From Candidatus Shapirobacteria bacterium (GTDB taxonomy: Bacteria > Patescibacteriota > Microgenomatia > UBA12405 > BS750m-G30), in the NCBI GenBank assembly GCA_043817235.1, contig JBDRHA010000011.1, positions 260,622-324,621 of the forward strand: DNA of 64,000 bases, in the 5' to 3' direction. Each line of letters starts with the position of its first letter. The stretch's first letter is position 1. The notes beneath the pieces are model-generated. The model was not told the origin of the DNA. It did not search any database and saw only the letters and a program-made list of their open reading frames with translations. Position numbers and translations under genes: made by a program. Below, one piece after another: positions 32,104 to 41,700 of this stretch.

Positions 32104-32859
32104 TCAAAACAAGCTGGCTAGAATAGTAAGCAAACCAAAGAAAATTACAAACTTGCCAAAGTTGATTTTTTGAGCGATTTTTAAAAGCAAGTCAATGGTT
32201 AAGTAGCCGAAAACAAAAGAAAAAAGCAAGCCTCCAAGATAGACTCCCTGGCTAAGGTAATTAAAATTTAAAAAAATATTGGCAATTAAAACTAGAGGCA
32301 GGCTCAAAAGAAAGCTAAGCCTAAGAGAGTCCACTTTAGAGTAACCCAAAAAAAGAAAAGTGGCTACGGTTAGGCCCGAGCGAGAAAGCCCGGGGAAGAC
32401 AGCTAGCCCTTGGGCGATTCCCAAAACTAAAGCAGTTTTGATTGTTAAGTCCTTTTCGGTCTTTTTTCCTTCTTTTTTGCTTTTAAGCTGCAAGTAGCCG
32501 GTAACAATCAAAAATAAACCAATGATTAGAGTAAAAACTTTGCCGGTTGGCAAAAATTGGCTTTCCAGGTTTTCAATTAGCTTTAAGATTAATAGGCCTA
32601 AAAAGCCGCTGACTAGGGTGCCAAAAGCCAGAAAGCTGCTCAGATTTCTATTTTTAGGCAGGCTGATTATTTTTTGACGAAAATAAATTAAAGCGGCCAG
32701 CCAAGTGCCGAAATGCAAAAAGAGAGCTTGTTTTACAGCCTGAGTTAGGCTCAGAGGTGAGAAAAAATGGGCTTGAGCAAGGTAGATTAATCCCTCTGAG
32801 CTAACCGGAAGCCATTCGGCCACTCCCTGAATTGTGCCCAAGACAAGTTGTTCAATCAT
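32104..32859 (-). CDS. uppP: undecaprenyl-diphosphate phosphatase
   Basis: QGVAEWLPVSS, PGLSRSG. Confidence 0.93.
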   Translation of the reverse strand: MIEQLVLGTIQGVAEWLPVSSEGLIYLAQAHFFSPLSLTQAVKQALFLHFGTWLAALIYFRQKIISLPKNRNLSSFLAFGTLVSGFLGLLILKLIENLESQFLPTGKVFTLIIGLFLIVTGYLQLKSKKEGKKTEKDLTIKTALVLGIAQGLAVFPGLSRSGLTVATFLFLGYSKVDSLRLSFLLSLPLVLIANIFLNFNYLSQGVYLGGLLFSFVFGYLTIDLLLKIAQKINFGKFVIFFGLLTILASLF

Positions 32860-33419
32860 TTTCGCTGGCGGTAAAGCTTAGGATTAACTACTGTTTTCAT
32901 TTTGTCGATATCTAGATTCTGGTTTAAAAAATGATTTATCTTTTTGGCTGCCAAGGAGGGATTTTTGACAATTTGATTATAGTTTAAATAAAGAACAGTA
33001 AAATTAGGTTGTTTTTTTAGCCAAGCTTTGATTTGAGCCAAATGTTTTTGGAAGGCAGCCGCCATTTGCTTATCACTTGTTTCGCTTTTTTCGCCTCTTC
33101 GCACAAGCATTTGTTTTTGAGAGGCCAAGATCTCAGTCATTTCCCGCCCCATAAAAATTACCTGATAATGATAATCATCAGGCAATAACTCCAAAAAAAC
33201 AGAAACCATTTTTACAGCTTTCTTTTCGGCTAGCGGCAGCCAAGAGTGATCTTTTTTTAATTCTTTTACTTTTTCCAGCTCCCAATAGCCTTGGGGATTA
33301 TCTTCGTCGGCTTTTCTTATTTTATCGGTTAAAACCGGCAGTCCTCCGGCCTTAAGCATGGCCATCATGAGGGAAGTGCCGGAGCGGGGAAGACCGGAAA
33401 CAACAACAATGTTTTTCAT
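32856..33419 (-). CDS. sulfotransferase family protein
   Basis: VVSGLPRSGTS PAPS-binding loop, NPQGYWE. Confidence 0.88.
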   Translation of the reverse strand: MKNIVVVSGLPRSGTSLMMAMLKAGGLPVLTDKIRKADEDNPQGYWELEKVKELKKDHSWLPLAEKKAVKMVSVFLELLPDDYHYQVIFMGREMTEILASQKQMLVRRGEKSETSDKQMAAAFQKHLAQIKAWLKKQPNFTVLYLNYNQIVKNPSLAAKKINHFLNQNLDIDKMKTVVNPKLYRQRK

Positions 33420-33496
33420 ATTTTAACTATAATATCCCTAAATCTTAGTAGATTATATCATTGATTAAAAAAAGAGCTTTTGCTAAAATTAAACTA

Positions 33497-34633
33497 ATGA
33501 AAAAGATAGTTGTTTTTCTTCTTGTTCTTGGTTTGTTTTTTGGTCTTGCGGGGTCGGCTTTGGCCAAAGATGAGCCAGAAACAACTATTGTGACCTCTGA
33601 TAAGATTTTTAACAGTGACTATTTTTTGCCAGGAGAAATAGTTGTTTTTTCCGGAACGGTTGAAGGAGATTTATTTTTGGCAGGAGGCAAGGTTACTTTT
33701 GACGGCCAAACCACCGGGGATTTGTTCATAGGGGCAGGGCAGGCTATAATTCGGGGACAGATAGGGGGAAATTTGCGGGTGGCCTCGGGTCAGGTTTTGA
33801 TAAGTAGCGCAATTTCCGGCAATGCCTTGGTTTTGGCGGGAAGTGCGGAAATAGCACCAGAAACAGAGATCAAGGGAAGCTTGACTATTGCTGGCGGCAA
33901 CCTAGATAATCAAGCCAAAGTTGGTTTGGGCGGCCGACTTTATGCGGGTCAGATTTATCAGAATGGTTCTTTTGGTCAAGATTTAATTATTAAAGCTGGT
34001 CAGCTGGATTTTGGCGAGTCTGCTAAGATAAACGGAAGCTTAAACTATGAAGCGCCCAGCCAAGCAAATTTAAACGAAGGTCAAGTTGAGAGAGAGACAG
34101 AATATGTCAAAACGCCCGAAAGAAGTGAAGAAAAAACCGCCGGCTGGATTGGCAATAAGAATAAAGCCGGTTTATTTTTTAAGCTCTCTTGGAAATTGTC
34201 TTGGCTTGCAGGGGCCTTAGTCATAGGATGGTTGATTTTGAAAGTTTTCCCTCAGAGTTTTTTGGCAATTAAAAATTTAGAAAAATGGCCGCTTAAGTCT
34301 TTTGGCTTAGGAGTGCTTTTTTATCTTTCATTTTTCCCTTTAATATTCATCTTAGTTCTTACTTTAATTGGTATCTTTTTTATTCCTTTGGTTAGTCTTG
34401 CTTACGGCTTGGTGTACTTTTTGGCAAAAATTTTTGGAGCTTTGGCGGTTGGTCATTTCTTTCTTAAAAACTGGTTTGGTCAGGAGCGGCGCGGCTGGGC
34501 CTTACTATTAGGTCTTTTTATCGGAGTAGCTATCAGCTTTTTGCCTGTAGTTAGCTTTTTCTATAGCATCTTGCTTATTGGAGCCGCCTCCGGCGCTTTG
34601 GTAAAAACCTACTTATTGCCAAGGTTTAAATAA
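33497..34633 (+). CDS. bactofilin-like beta-helix membrane protein
   Basis: Signal peptide, repeated GxVxGDL/GNL units, C-terminal TMs. Confidence 0.8.
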   Translation: MKKIVVFLLVLGLFFGLAGSALAKDEPETTIVTSDKIFNSDYFLPGEIVVFSGTVEGDLFLAGGKVTFDGQTTGDLFIGAGQAIIRGQIGGNLRVASGQVLISSAISGNALVLAGSAEIAPETEIKGSLTIAGGNLDNQAKVGLGGRLYAGQIYQNGSFGQDLIIKAGQLDFGESAKINGSLNYEAPSQANLNEGQVERETEYVKTPERSEEKTAGWIGNKNKAGLFFKLSWKLSWLAGALVIGWLILKVFPQSFLAIKNLEKWPLKSFGLGVLFYLSFFPLIFILVLTLIGIFFIPLVSLAYGLVYFLAKIFGALAVGHFFLKNWFGQERRGWALLLGLFIGVAISFLPVVSFFYSILLIGAASGALVKTYLLPRFK

Positions 34634-35316
34634 TACTGCCTTTTTTTCTCGCTCATCTTTTCAATGCTGTAGCGAAGCATGGTTCGGGGCATATTCAGAG
34701 CATGTTTGTCCAGAAATGACTCTAGCGCCGTTAAATCTTTTTTCCCTACTTCCCGCAAAGCCCAGCCTGCTGCCTTGTGAATTAAGTCATGTTCATCGAC
34801 AAGCAAAATTTTACTGATTTCTAAAGTATCTTTAAGTTGATCTTCTTTAATAAAAGAAAAAGTGGCAATGATGCTGATTCTTCTTTCCCAAAGATTTTTC
34901 GACTTGGCCAATTTAAAAAGAAGAGAGCGGTTTTTATCTAAAAGATGAGCGCCAATAATTCTTGGAGCAGAAATATCAACTAAGTCCCAATTATTAATAT
35001 ACTTGGTGTGCTTTAAATAGAATTTAAATATTTTTTCTTTTTCTTTTTGATCGGCTTTAGAATATTTAGTGGTTAAAATAACTAGGGCTATAAACCGCTG
35101 GTCATGAACCGGGGAAGTAAGCAATTTTTTCATTTCTTTTAAGGGCAAATTGCGATATTTTTTGGCTAACTTTCTTTTTTGATCAGTGGGCACGCCCCAA
35201 AAAATATCACCCTCGCCGTATTCGCCTTTTTTGGTTTTAAAGTAGCGGGATTCATTCTGGGCGCGCGAAAGATCCTTCTCTTTTTTCAGTTCAAGAATTA
35301 ATTTTCGAATGGTCAC
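34609..35316 (-). CDS. AlkD-like DNA alkylation repair protein
   Basis: GEYGEGD, NNWDLVD, LWERR, KAAGWALRE, PRTMLRY. Confidence 0.92.
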   Translation of the reverse strand: MTIRKLILELKKEKDLSRAQNESRYFKTKKGEYGEGDIFWGVPTDQKRKLAKKYRNLPLKEMKKLLTSPVHDQRFIALVILTTKYSKADQKEKEKIFKFYLKHTKYINNWDLVDISAPRIIGAHLLDKNRSLLFKLAKSKNLWERRISIIATFSFIKEDQLKDTLEISKILLVDEHDLIHKAAGWALREVGKKDLTALESFLDKHALNMPRTMLRYSIEKMSEKKRQYYLNLGNK

Positions 35317-35777
35317 TGATTCAAAAGAAAAAGGCTAAAATTTAAAATCGTTGCAAAAGAAACCCAAAGCAAATAAGGAAAAAGCAAATATCCGGCTGTT
35401 TTGTTAATTTTAAGAAAAGAGACGAAAGCAAAAATGATAAGGAAAAGTAAAAGCATAATGTCTAGCAATCCCAATAATGGGGAGCGAAGACCAAAAAACA
35501 AAATAGACCAAAGCGTATTTAAAGCGAGCTGAATTAAAAAAAGAGCAATTGCTTTTTTTCTTTGCTTGCTTGGCTTTTCCTGCCAAATTAGATAAAAAGA
35601 ATAACCCATGAGCAAATAAAGCGTTGTCCAAACAGGAGCAAAAAGCCAACCAGGAGGAGAAAAAGGGGGCTTGTTTAAAGCGGCATACCAGCCAGGAATT
35701 GCCGGAGTAGTAAATAAAGCCCCTAGGCCACCGGCTAATTGGGGCAAAAGTAAAGCAATAACTAGTTTTTTGATCAT
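35313..35777 (-). CDS. TspO/MBR family protein
   Basis: WYAALNKPPFSPP, VWTTLY, PYLLWVSFA. Confidence 0.93.
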   Translation of the reverse strand: MIKKLVIALLLPQLAGGLGALFTTPAIPGWYAALNKPPFSPPGWLFAPVWTTLYLLMGYSFYLIWQEKPSKQRKKAIALFLIQLALNTLWSILFFGLRSPLLGLLDIMLLLFLIIFAFVSFLKINKTAGYLLFPYLLWVSFATILNFSLFLLNQ

Positions 35778-36314
35778 TTAGTATTTGATTATTAGGCGAG
35801 GCGAAATCAGGTAGCATTCAATACCGTTTAAAGATTTAATTTGCACTTCGTATTGGTTATTTCCCGGCCAAACAGAAAGGCTTTGGCTGATTAAATTATG
35901 ATAGACAGTTTGATCAGTAGATATTTGGGAATAATCTACTTCTCGAAAATGGGTTTTGTCGTAAATTCGGGCAAAGCAGCGACTGTTTACCGAAAAAGTC
36001 TTTAAGTTTCCTTCCCAATAGATTTTCGCGCTTGCAGGGTAATTTTTTAGATCAAAGTAAAATTCCGAACCGGCAAGAGTTTCCCAGCCTAAAGACAGAG
36101 TGGAGCTGTTGTTTCCCAAAGGGAGGTAAGTAGTAGAATGGCAGGCGGCTGCAATTTTTTGATCAGTTGCGGAAAGAACCTGGCCGCCTTCAATGGTGTT
36201 AGGTGTTGGCTGGCCGGCAGCAACAAAATACGAAGAATATAAAAGATTAGTAATTAAAAAAAGGAAGACTGGAAAGCAAAGAAATAGTTTTCTTCTTTTG
36301 CTCATGCTTTTCAT
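35778..36314 (-). CDS. exported hypothetical protein
   Basis: N-terminal TM, GGQVLS motif, beta-rich domain. Confidence 0.65.
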   Translation of the reverse strand: MKSMSKRRKLFLCFPVFLFLITNLLYSSYFVAAGQPTPNTIEGGQVLSATDQKIAAACHSTTYLPLGNNSSTLSLGWETLAGSEFYFDLKNYPASAKIYWEGNLKTFSVNSRCFARIYDKTHFREVDYSQISTDQTVYHNLISQSLSVWPGNNQYEVQIKSLNGIECYLISPRLIIKY

Positions 36315-36344
36315 TATAGCAATTTTTGTGCTATATTTTTAATA

Positions 36345-36665
36345 ATGAGCGAAGACAACGAAGCGCCGATTGCTGAAAGCTCCGAGCCAAGTCTAGAGGA
36401 GTTGCAGGCTGAGCGAAAAGAACTTTGGGAGCGCCAAGGCAGGCCTGAAGAGTGGGATGACGAGAAGGATCGCAAAAGATTACTAGAGCTTGATAGTCTT
36501 ATTCCTAATTACGGAAAACCAATTCCAGATGCAGAAACTGCTGAAGTATTAAAGCAACAGGGCCGAAGAGATCTTGCGCCTCAAGAAAGGGAGCTTATTA
36601 GAAGCTATAACGACAAGCTTGCTGCTTGGAAAAAAGAACAAGAAAGAAATAATCGGCGCTATTAA
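36345..36665 (+). CDS. hypothetical charged helical protein
   Basis: 106-aa ORF preceded by TGCTATATT extended -10. Confidence 0.65.
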   Translation: MSEDNEAPIAESSEPSLEELQAERKELWERQGRPEEWDDEKDRKRLLELDSLIPNYGKPIPDAETAEVLKQQGRRDLAPQERELIRSYNDKLAAWKKEQERNNRRY

Positions 36666-36741
36666 CTCTTAAGTCTAGAAAAAATCAGCAAATAATCACT
36701 AGATTTATGACTATTCTATTGTTATTACTGCGCTTGCTATA

Positions 36742-37392
36742 ATGGCTTTTAAAGTGTTTAAGAAGCGGCCGGAAAAGTTCTGGAGTTTAAAGGCTAACCC
36801 GATTGTTCGGGTTTTAACCATATCAGATATTTTTCTAATTTCCAGCCTCGGCTTGCTTTCTCCTATTTTTGCTGTCTTTTTGACCGAGAACATCAAAGGA
36901 GGGAGCTTGCAGGTTGTGGGCTTAGCTTCTACCATTTTTCTTTTAACTAAGTCCTTAGCTCAAATTCCTCTTGCCCGCATTGCAGACTGCATCAGGGGAG
37001 AAAAAGATGACTTTTGGATGGCTTTTATTGGCTCTTTGCTAACAAGCCTAGTCCCTCTCTTGTATTTATTTGCTTCTACTGCCGGTCAAATTTATTTTAT
37101 TCAGTTTTTTTATGGTTTATCTCAAGCTCTAACCTTTCCTTCTTGGATGGCGATTTTTACCCGGCATATAGATCGGCATAAAGAGGGCACTCAATGGGGA
37201 GTTTATTACACCTTGATTGATTTGTTTTCCGCTCTTTCGGCCGGCGCTGGCGGATTTATTGCTTTTCGCTTAGGCTTTAGGCCTTTATTTGTGCTTATTG
37301 CCCTGCTTTCTTTTATTGGCTCATTCTGGCTGCTTTTAGTAAAAAAGCAAATTGACCAAAAAAAGAGCTTTCTTGAAAAAATAATTTCTTGA
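36742..37392 (+). CDS. half-size (6-TM) MFS transporter
   Basis: PIFAVF, LARIADCIRG loop, FTRHID..EG. Confidence 0.8.
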   Translation: MAFKVFKKRPEKFWSLKANPIVRVLTISDIFLISSLGLLSPIFAVFLTENIKGGSLQVVGLASTIFLLTKSLAQIPLARIADCIRGEKDDFWMAFIGSLLTSLVPLLYLFASTAGQIYFIQFFYGLSQALTFPSWMAIFTRHIDRHKEGTQWGVYYTLIDLFSALSAGAGGFIAFRLGFRPLFVLIALLSFIGSFWLLLVKKQIDQKKSFLEKIIS

Positions 37393-37421
37393 TCTGGGAG
37401 GGAAAATGGTAAGATTAGCGA

Positions 37422-38627
37422 GTGAAGAAGTTATGGCTTTTTGTTAAAACCAGCTTTATTCTTAAGTTTTCTATTTTTGTTACTTTAGCTTCCACCGTTA
37501 CCTTAATTTATTTTGGCCGCTATTGGCAGCTAAAAATGGAAACTAGCGCTAAAGAATTAATTGATAGTGCTTTGCAAACCCGGTTGGAAAGCCAACTGGG
37601 TCAGGTGAGCCAATCTTTAGAAGATCTGAAAAACCAAGATCAATACGTGATTAACCAAGAGCTAACAGAGCAGATTGGCCAGATAGAGGCTGCCTATGGG
37701 CAAACAGTGAAAGCTTATGAAGATTTGCTGGATTTAAAATCTTCGCTTAGAAAAGCAGAAGATGTAGAGGGTTTATTTGCTAAAACTTTAAGTTTTTTGG
37801 CTCAAGGAAATTATGCCTCAGCAAGCGGGGAACTAAAAAAGCTTAACAGTGCTATTTTGCAGGAAAAAGAAAAATTAGCCACCGCCAGCATTGTTCTTCC
37901 CCCTTCGGCTCTGGTAATTAATCAGCCGCCCGCCTCATCGGTCGGCCACCAGCGCCAAGCTGTGAGCACGGACCAAGGTAATTTTTTAGTGGATATTATT
38001 AGCGCTGACCTTAATTCTGTCCGAGTGGCTGTAGATACGGCTTCGGCTTCCGATTGTTTTAACGATTGTCCAGTTTTATCTTTAGCGGATTATGTGGCTC
38101 GCAATGGGGCTTTTGCCGGAGTTAACGGTACATATTTTTGCCCGGCCTCTTATCCTAGCTGTGCGGGCAAAACTAATACTTTTGATTTGCTAGTGATGAA
38201 TAAAAATAAATATTATTTTAATTCCGATAATAATGTTTATAGCAATAATCCGGCAGTAATTTTTTCCAATGGGAGCGCGCGCTTTGTGACGACCGCTTCT
38301 CAGTGGGGTCGAGATACTTCAGTGGACGCGGTAATCTCTAATTTTCCCTTGCTGGTTTTTAACAACAATATTGCTTTTGATGGAGACACAGATGCTAAGC
38401 AATTGGCTCGGGGAAACAGAAGCTTTGTGGCCAATATTGGCAGCACGGTTTATATTGGTGTGGTTCATAATGCAACTGTGGTCCAGTCAGCCAAAGTGCT
38501 GGAGACAATGGGAATGAATAATGCTCTTAATTTAGATAACGGCGGGTCCACAGCCTTATGGTATTCAGGCTACAAAGTCGGCCCAGGCCGCAATCTTCCC
38601 AACGCTGTTTTGCTAATAAGAAAGTAA
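37422..38627 (+). CDS. phosphodiester glycosidase (NAGPA) family protein
   Basis: TM + coiled coil, VNGTYF, ALNLDNGGST, RNLPNA. Confidence 0.85.
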   Translation: MKKLWLFVKTSFILKFSIFVTLASTVTLIYFGRYWQLKMETSAKELIDSALQTRLESQLGQVSQSLEDLKNQDQYVINQELTEQIGQIEAAYGQTVKAYEDLLDLKSSLRKAEDVEGLFAKTLSFLAQGNYASASGELKKLNSAILQEKEKLATASIVLPPSALVINQPPASSVGHQRQAVSTDQGNFLVDIISADLNSVRVAVDTASASDCFNDCPVLSLADYVARNGAFAGVNGTYFCPASYPSCAGKTNTFDLLVMNKNKYYFNSDNNVYSNNPAVIFSNGSARFVTTASQWGRDTSVDAVISNFPLLVFNNNIAFDGDTDAKQLARGNRSFVANIGSTVYIGVVHNATVVQSAKVLETMGMNNALNLDNGGSTALWYSGYKVGPGRNLPNAVLLIRK

Positions 38628-38650
38628 AAAGCAACGCATTTGACGCTTTC

Positions 38651-38680
38651 TTGACAATTATAGGACGAAAAATGTAAAAT
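38651..38680 (+). promoter_or_regulatory. sigma70 promoter of the glycan operon
   Basis: TTGACA(38651)-18-TAAAAT(38675). Confidence 0.65.
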
Positions 38681-38695
38681 AATCCTGTTCGTCTG

Positions 38696-38743
38696 CCCAG
38701 CCTGAAACAGAAATTTTTATATCTGTAGCGGTTGGGTTTTTTT
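38696..38743 (+). terminator. terminator-like hairpin in the operon leader
   Basis: CCCAGCC/GGTTGGG and ACAGA/TCTGT stems followed by T7. Confidence 0.65.
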
Positions 38744-38766
38744 ATTTCTTTAAAAAATAGAGCAGG

Positions 38767-41700
38767 ATGGCAAAGCTAGACACTATTGTACGGATTAAGC
38801 CAAAAGCTAAAAATTCGGTGATTGGAGCGGGTGTAATTTACCAAAAAAAACGCTTCATTACCCATAACCAGCTTTCTTATCGCCAATCAGCCCTAAAAAC
38901 TTTTTATCCGAGGCAAAAGATCTTTTTGTTTTTAGTGGCGGGAATAATTGGGCTGGGCTTAGTAGCCAATACTCGGTTAACCGCTATGGCTGTAGTGGCC
39001 TTTTTGAGCCTGGTTTATTTTCTTGACTTTATTTTTAGCCTATATGTTCTTTTAAAAAGTCTTCATTTTCCTCCGGAAATTAAGGCCAGCCGGAAAGAGT
39101 TAAAGGCGCTTAAAAATAGCGAGCTTCCGATTTATTCTATTTTATGCCCACTTTATCAAGAGGCAACAATTCTTCCCCATTTTCTTAAGGCGATAGAAAA
39201 AACAGACTGGCCCAAAAACAAACTTGAGGTTCTTTTTCTTTTAGAAGAGAATGACAAACAAACTCAAGAGGCGGCGGATAAACTGAATCTTCCTTCTTAT
39301 GTGCGAACGATAATTGTTCCCGATTCTCAGCCAAAAACTAAGCCGAAGGCCTGCAATTATGGACTAGCAAAAGCAAAAGGTGAATATATAGTTGTTTATG
39401 ACGCTGAAGATAAACCAGACCCTTTGCAGCTTAAAAAAGCCTATCTTGCTTTTGCCAAACTCGGCCGGAAGTTTTGCTGCCTTCAATCTAAGCTGAATTA
39501 CTACAACACTAATCAAAATTTGCTAACTAAGCTTTTTACCGCGGAATACTCTCTTTGGTTCGATTTAATTTTGCCTGGTCTCCAGTCAATTGAATCAATA
39601 ATTCCTCTTGGTGGAACGAGTAATCATTTTAGAACTAAGGATTTAAAAAAACTTCAGGGCTGGGACCCGTTCAACGTTACAGAAGACTGCGACTTGGGAG
39701 TTCGTATTTTTAAGTCAGGGTACAAAACAGGCCTGATTGACTCTACTACCTATGAGGAGGCAAACAGCAATGTTAAAAGCTGGTTAAGACAACGTTCGCG
39801 CTGGATTAAGGGCTATTTGCAAACCTATCTGGTGCATATGCGAGACCCGGCCGAGTTTTTTAAAAATCATGGTGTTCAGGCTCTAGTTTTTCAGCTAGTG
39901 ATAGGAATGAGGATGATCTTTATTCTTATTAATCCTATCCTCTGGTTGACAACTATTTTGTATTTCACTGCCTACAGATTGGTTGGCCCAGTGATAGAAA
40001 GTCTTTACCCTGCTCCCATTTTTTATCTTGCGGTTATCTCGTTGGTTTTAGGAAATTTTATTCATTTATATAACTATATGATTGGCTGTGCTAAGCGGAA
40101 ACATTGGAATATTATAAAATTTGTTTTTTTGATACCCGCCTACTGGGCGATGACTGGCATATCGGCAGGTATTGCTGTCTATCAATTATTTGCCAAACCT
40201 TACTTCTGGGAAAAGACCCATCACGGATTACATCTTCAAACAAATAAAAGAGCCTTTAGGCTTTTTGACGAGCTGAAAAGGTTATGGGTTTTGCCGAAGA
40301 ACAATTTTGCCACAGGAGGTGTTTTGGTAGCCGCTTCTGTTTTAGCGAATTTTTTTAATTTTCTTTACAATGCCTACCTGGGCAGAAAAATTAATCTTAG
40401 CGAGTTTGGATCAGTTAGTTTAATGGGAAGCTTCCTTTACTTATTCCAAATCCCGATGGGAGCTTTAGAGACAACAATCACTAATAGAAGCGCTTATCTT
40501 TTTGGCCGGTATAAAAGGCCTGTTTTAGGGTTTTGGAATTACGTTCGCAAAAATTCAGCTAAGATTTCTCTGGCTGCCGTTGGCCTTTGGCTGCTAGGGT
40601 CTCCGGCAATGGCAAAATTTTTCCGAGTTGATAGTTTGATTCCTTTTCTCTTATTTGCTCCAGTTTGGTTTGTCGGAACCATTATGACTGTTGACCTAAG
40701 TTATCTTATGGGAAACTTAAGATTCGCGGTGATTGCCGGCATTACTGTTGTTGAGGCTTTGTCTAAGCTGCTGCTGGCGATATTTTTTGTGAAAATAGGA
40801 AAGACTCAATGGGTTTATGCCGCTCTGCCCCTTTCCATAACTTTAGCCTTTTTAGCAGCAGACATGGCGGCTAAAAAGCTTAAAGCGAGGAAAGTGCCAA
40901 AAATGCAAGCGAATTTACTCTATTTTCCGAAACGATTTTTTGCTTCTTCTCTGCTTTTAGGCCTATCCTCAGTTGCTTTTTTAAGCTTTGATCTTATTTT
41001 GGCCAAACACTTTTTAAGCCCGCAAGCGGCCGGAGAATATGCTCTTTTGTCACTTATCGGCAAAATGGTTTTTCTGGCAGGGTCTCTCTTTCTTAGATTT
41101 ATTAACCCCTTGGTTAGCCGCCAAGAAGGAGAAAATGAGGACGCTAGTAAAGTATTTTATCAACTGCTTTTAGTTACCATGGCAATCAGCATGGTCGGAT
41201 GGGCGGCAGTAGGGCTGTTGGGCAGATTCACCGTTCCTCTTCTTTTTGGCTCAGAAGCAAAGAGCATTGTTTATCTGCTCCCTGTTTATACAATGGCAAT
41301 GGCCAACTTTGCGATGGGCAGCTCTTTTGTTCTTTATCATCAGGCCAGGAAGCATTGCTCATTTTCTTTTGTTAGTCTTTTTATTGCCTTGGCTCAGGTT
41401 TTGGCTATTGTAATTTATCACAATGATATTCAGGCCATTGTTAAAGTTGTTGCGGTTACAGGATTAGTCTATTTTGCTTTTGTTGTCCTTTTTCATTTTA
41501 TCTATGACTTTTTTAGCACTTTCAGCCAAGCGCCAGTAGTTTTTGAGAACAAGGGGAATAAGCTTAGAATCTTGATTTTAAACTGGCGGGACACGAAACA
41601 TGTTTGGGCCGGCGGAGCGGAAGTTTATGTTCACGAGTTAGCTAAAAGATGGGTAGCGAAAGGCCATGAGGTTACTGTTTTTTGCAGTAATGATGGCCAG

